Notes under the pieces: model-generated
Database searches by the model: none
Seen by the model: the letters and a program-made list of their open reading frames with translations, nothing else
Told to the model about the DNA's origin: nothing
Assembly (NCBI RefSeq): GCF_902712995.1
Contig: NZ_CACTIB010000020.1
Coordinates: 66,081-90,080, forward strand
Reading direction: 5' to 3'
Length of the DNA: 24,000 bases
Source: Candidatus Mycoplasma haematohominis
Lineage (GTDB): Bacteria > Bacillota_I > Bacilli_A > Mycoplasmatales > Mycoplasmoidaceae
In this document: positions 21,488 to 24,000 of the stretch, one piece after another
Layout: each line of letters begins with the position of its first letter
Numbering within the stretch: position 1 is the stretch's first letter
Translations under genes and position numbers: made by a program

Positions 21488-22216
21488 CTACAGTTTATCT
21501 GTTAAATTTCTCCATCTTCCTGTATTTGGATCTTCGTTTGCCTCAATTTCTTGTCTATAAGGTCAATCTTTAACTATCTTCCCGCCAACAGTACTTCCTT
21601 CATTAGAGCAAGCAACCCAAGCATCTCTGAAGTATCTTGCCAGCTTTTCTTCTTGTTCTTTTTGTATCTCGGTTTTGTCTGTTTTTGTGCTTGGTTCTAA
21701 GAACTTTTCAGCTCTTCTTCTTCAATGATTTTCATCTGACTTTTTGCCGAAAATAAATTGAGATATATCCTTACATTCTTTGTAGAAATCTCTTATAAAC
21801 TGTTGTACTTCTATTTTTTCAGCTCTTTCTATTTCTTCAAACATTCATTTTTGTCTTACGGTTTGATATTCTCAATGTTGTATTTTCGGATCTTCGACGT
21901 CAAATTTGTTATTCTTTACGACCAATTCATCAAACCGTTTACTTCTTATTTTGCTTTTGTTGGCTCAAAAAGTAGAAAATCTGATTTTTCATCATTTTTT
22001 TCCTTCTTCAGTTAATTTATCGTAGTTATCTTCTTCAGTTGGCCTTAAATCTTTAAATGATTCTTCAAAAGTAATAGCAATACGATTTCATCCTGTTTCT
22101 TCTGTGGTTGTTTGAAATAAGTTTGATAAAGAACTATTTTTTAAACCAAATGTTCCGGCGGAGGCAGCAGCCAATGCCGTCCCGCCAGCTGCAGTCTTCG
22201 CTAATAAAGTTTTCAT
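21488..22216 (-). CDS. lineage-specific paralog-family protein with Ala/Gly-rich N-terminal anchor (242 aa)
   Basis: ATG is the complement of 22214-22216 and TAG the complement of 21488-21490. It has about ten in-frame TGA codons and no TAA/TAG, with all triplets checked. It has the N-terminus MKTLLAKTAAGGTALAAASAGTFGL, a KKWWK motif and a DAWVACS motif. Track ORF 21758-22015 (+) is antisense to it. Confidence 0.6.
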
Positions 22217-22427
22217 TTTTCAGAAAAATTATTAGCTGGTAGTTTTATAAAAAAAGTTTTTATTAATTTTTAGTTATTAATAGTTATCCTACATTTCAAC
22301 AATATTGTTTTGTTTTTTGATTGTAGAAAATGAGTGTCTAAAAATTTAGAAATTAAAAAATAGCTCAAGTTTGGATGATTTTCAATAGAGAAACATCAGA
22401 AATCAAACGCTTCTATTTGTATGGCAA

Positions 22428-22781
22428 TTAATCAGGATTTTTTTCGTAATCTGCAGATGTTCTGTAATAGTAATAAGGAAATGATTCTCCTGCAATTAAT
22501 AGATCTCTATAACATTGATATCTTTTATTAATTAGTTCTACTTCTTTAGGTATTTCTTCTTTTAGTTCTTCATAAAGTTTTCTTAGCTTGTCGAGTTTGT
22601 TAGCTATTTGTTCTTGGATTTCTAAGGGAGGAAGAGGGATTTTTATTTTTTTAAGTCCGTTTGTTGAAATACTTACTATTGCTCCTTCTTTTGCGTATTT
22701 TTGTTTTTGTAGCTTTGCATGATGTGTAGATAAAGCGTATGATAAATATTTTGGATTTTGATTATGCGTAAGCAAAAACAT
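22428..22781 (-). pseudogene. hsdS: orphan fragment of a type I restriction-modification specificity subunit (HsdS)
   Basis: The 117-aa ORF contains the classic HsdS conserved-region pattern IKIPLPPLEIQEQIANKLDKLRKLYEELKEEI...KRYQCYRDLL, preceded by the tail of a target-recognition domain (NPKYLSYALS). The frame is closed by TAA at 22827-22829 upstream, so at most ~133 codons exist, against about 400 for a full S subunit. No hsdM or hsdR lies in the window. Confidence 0.72.
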
Positions 22782-22992
22782 GTTTCCGCCTGCTATTGCT
22801 TTTTCTTTCTTTGCTAAAGAGTAAAGTTAATTTTTAATTCCTTATTTCTCCAAGACTTTATTCTTCCTCTTTGTTTTTTAGTGAACTATTGAATTTTTAA
22901 AAAAATAGCGGCTACATATTTATTAAAAGTATTGCTTATTATTTAAATTGACTATTAAGGTCTGCTCTGAATAAAAGCAGACTTTTAAATTT

Positions 22993-23757
22993 ATGGATCC
23001 ATTAAAAGCAGCAGCTGCGGCAGGTACTGGTGCAGTGTTATTGGGAGGAGGAGGTTGAGGATTGAGTATGGCATTGAGTAATAATAGTATGCCTGATTAT
23101 TCTCCTTTGGATAATCCCACTGGTACTTACTTTACAGACAACAAAGATTACTTTGCGGCTGTAAATGGAAATGAAAATTGATGAAGATGATCCTATAAGA
23201 ATAGATGATCAGTTAAGAAACCTACAACAGGTAAGTTTCAGAACGTTACTAGTGGAGATGGGGATAGCAATTCTATTAAGAAGGTTTGTGAAGATGCTTA
23301 TACAAAAGGAACTAGCGATATTTCAGCAACTGTTGAAGATAATAAATATTTAGAGTCTGAGGTTTGACGTTTTTGTTCTGCAGTTGAAGAGAAACCGAAG
23401 ACTATTTCAGAAGCTACAGAAGAAAAGAAAATTTACGATGCGATAAACAATTCTTATGGAAAAGAAAAAGCAAGCAATTTAGTTGCAGTAACTGGAAATG
23501 ATTCTTTTTGATTAGAGCAGGAAAGATTATTTTTTAAAGAGGAAAAGAAAAGTGACAGATCCGGAGCTAAGGCATCTAAAACTGGGAATTCTTTATTCAA
23601 AGATCTTTTTGAAAAAAGAAATAAAACCAGAGGAGATAAAGACACTTTAAGGAATGCCTGTAAAGAAGCTTATAAGTCAAATAAAGATGAAAGCGTAGAA
23701 GGTAATAAAGTTCAGGAGGCAGATGTACTTAAGTTTTGTTCCGTTAAAGGTTCATAG
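22993..23757 (+). CDS. lineage-specific paralog-family protein with Ala/Gly-rich N-terminal anchor (254 aa)
   Basis: ATG 22993 to TAG 23755-23757 (followed by TAA and TAG) with seven in-frame TGA codons, including TGA-TGA-AGA-TGA at 23179-23190. It has the N-terminus MDPLKAAAAAGTGAVLLGGGGWGL and two C-x-[ED]-AY...FCS modules. Track ORFs 23165-23353 (+) and 23454-23645 (-) are out of frame or antisense to it. Confidence 0.6.
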
Positions 23758-23766
23758 TAATAGATA

Positions 23767-24000
23767 ATGTCAGCATTAATTAAAGCAGGAGCAGCTGTTC
23801 TTGTATTGAGCGGCTTTGCTGGAGGAGGCTATCTGATTTATGACTCTACATTGAAGGTTGTTTATCCTCTGAGTTCTTTGGATGGTTTTGCAACTAAATA
23901 TAAGAATACTACTTTTGGAGGGAAGTATGGAAGATATATGTTAGATCCTGCAAGAAATAAAAATGCATGGAATGAAGCCTATAAAAGATGAAGCTCTTCT
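23767..24000 (+). CDS. lineage-specific paralog-family protein, 5' part (runs off the window)
   Basis: It starts at ATG 23767 with the N-terminus MSALIKAGAAVLVLSGFAGGGYLIY. The track stop at 23989-23991 is TGA and the frame stays open to the window end. Confidence 0.5.

Overview
This is an AT-rich Mollicutes (Mycoplasma-type) chromosome segment that must be read with genetic code 4 (TGA = Trp). The supplied standard-code ORF track splits most real genes at in-frame TGA codons. All coordinates below come from re-joining frames by hand. Roughly the first 18.6 kb is core genome. It holds two small polytopic membrane proteins and a complete F1Fo ATP synthase operon (atpB-E-F-H-A-G-D plus a divergent ORF in the atpC position). 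It then holds pyrH-frr, an unknown ORF, cdsA, three more small 4-TM membrane proteins around recU, glyQS-dnaG on the minus strand, and mraZ-rsmH with MraZ-box-like direct repeats upstream. The last ~5.4 kb (18.6-24 kb) is accessory-looking. It contains seven ORFs of a lineage-specific, TGA-rich family with Ala/Gly-rich N-terminal anchors, including a perfect-length 438-bp tandem gene pair. A dCMP deaminase gene and an orphan hsdS (type I R-M specificity subunit) fragment interrupt this family. That paralog architecture and the minimal gene content suggest a hemotropic mycoplasma, but this is inference only. I found no rRNA, tRNA, CRISPR array, transposase or integrase, and no convincing discrete multi-gene novel system. 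The most interesting items are the paralog island and its tandem pair, the odd atpC-position ORF, a likely catalytically dead exonuclease-like ORF, a dnaG with no canonical start codon, and the missing sigma-factor gene after dnaG. All family assignments rest on motif recognition by eye; no searches were run.
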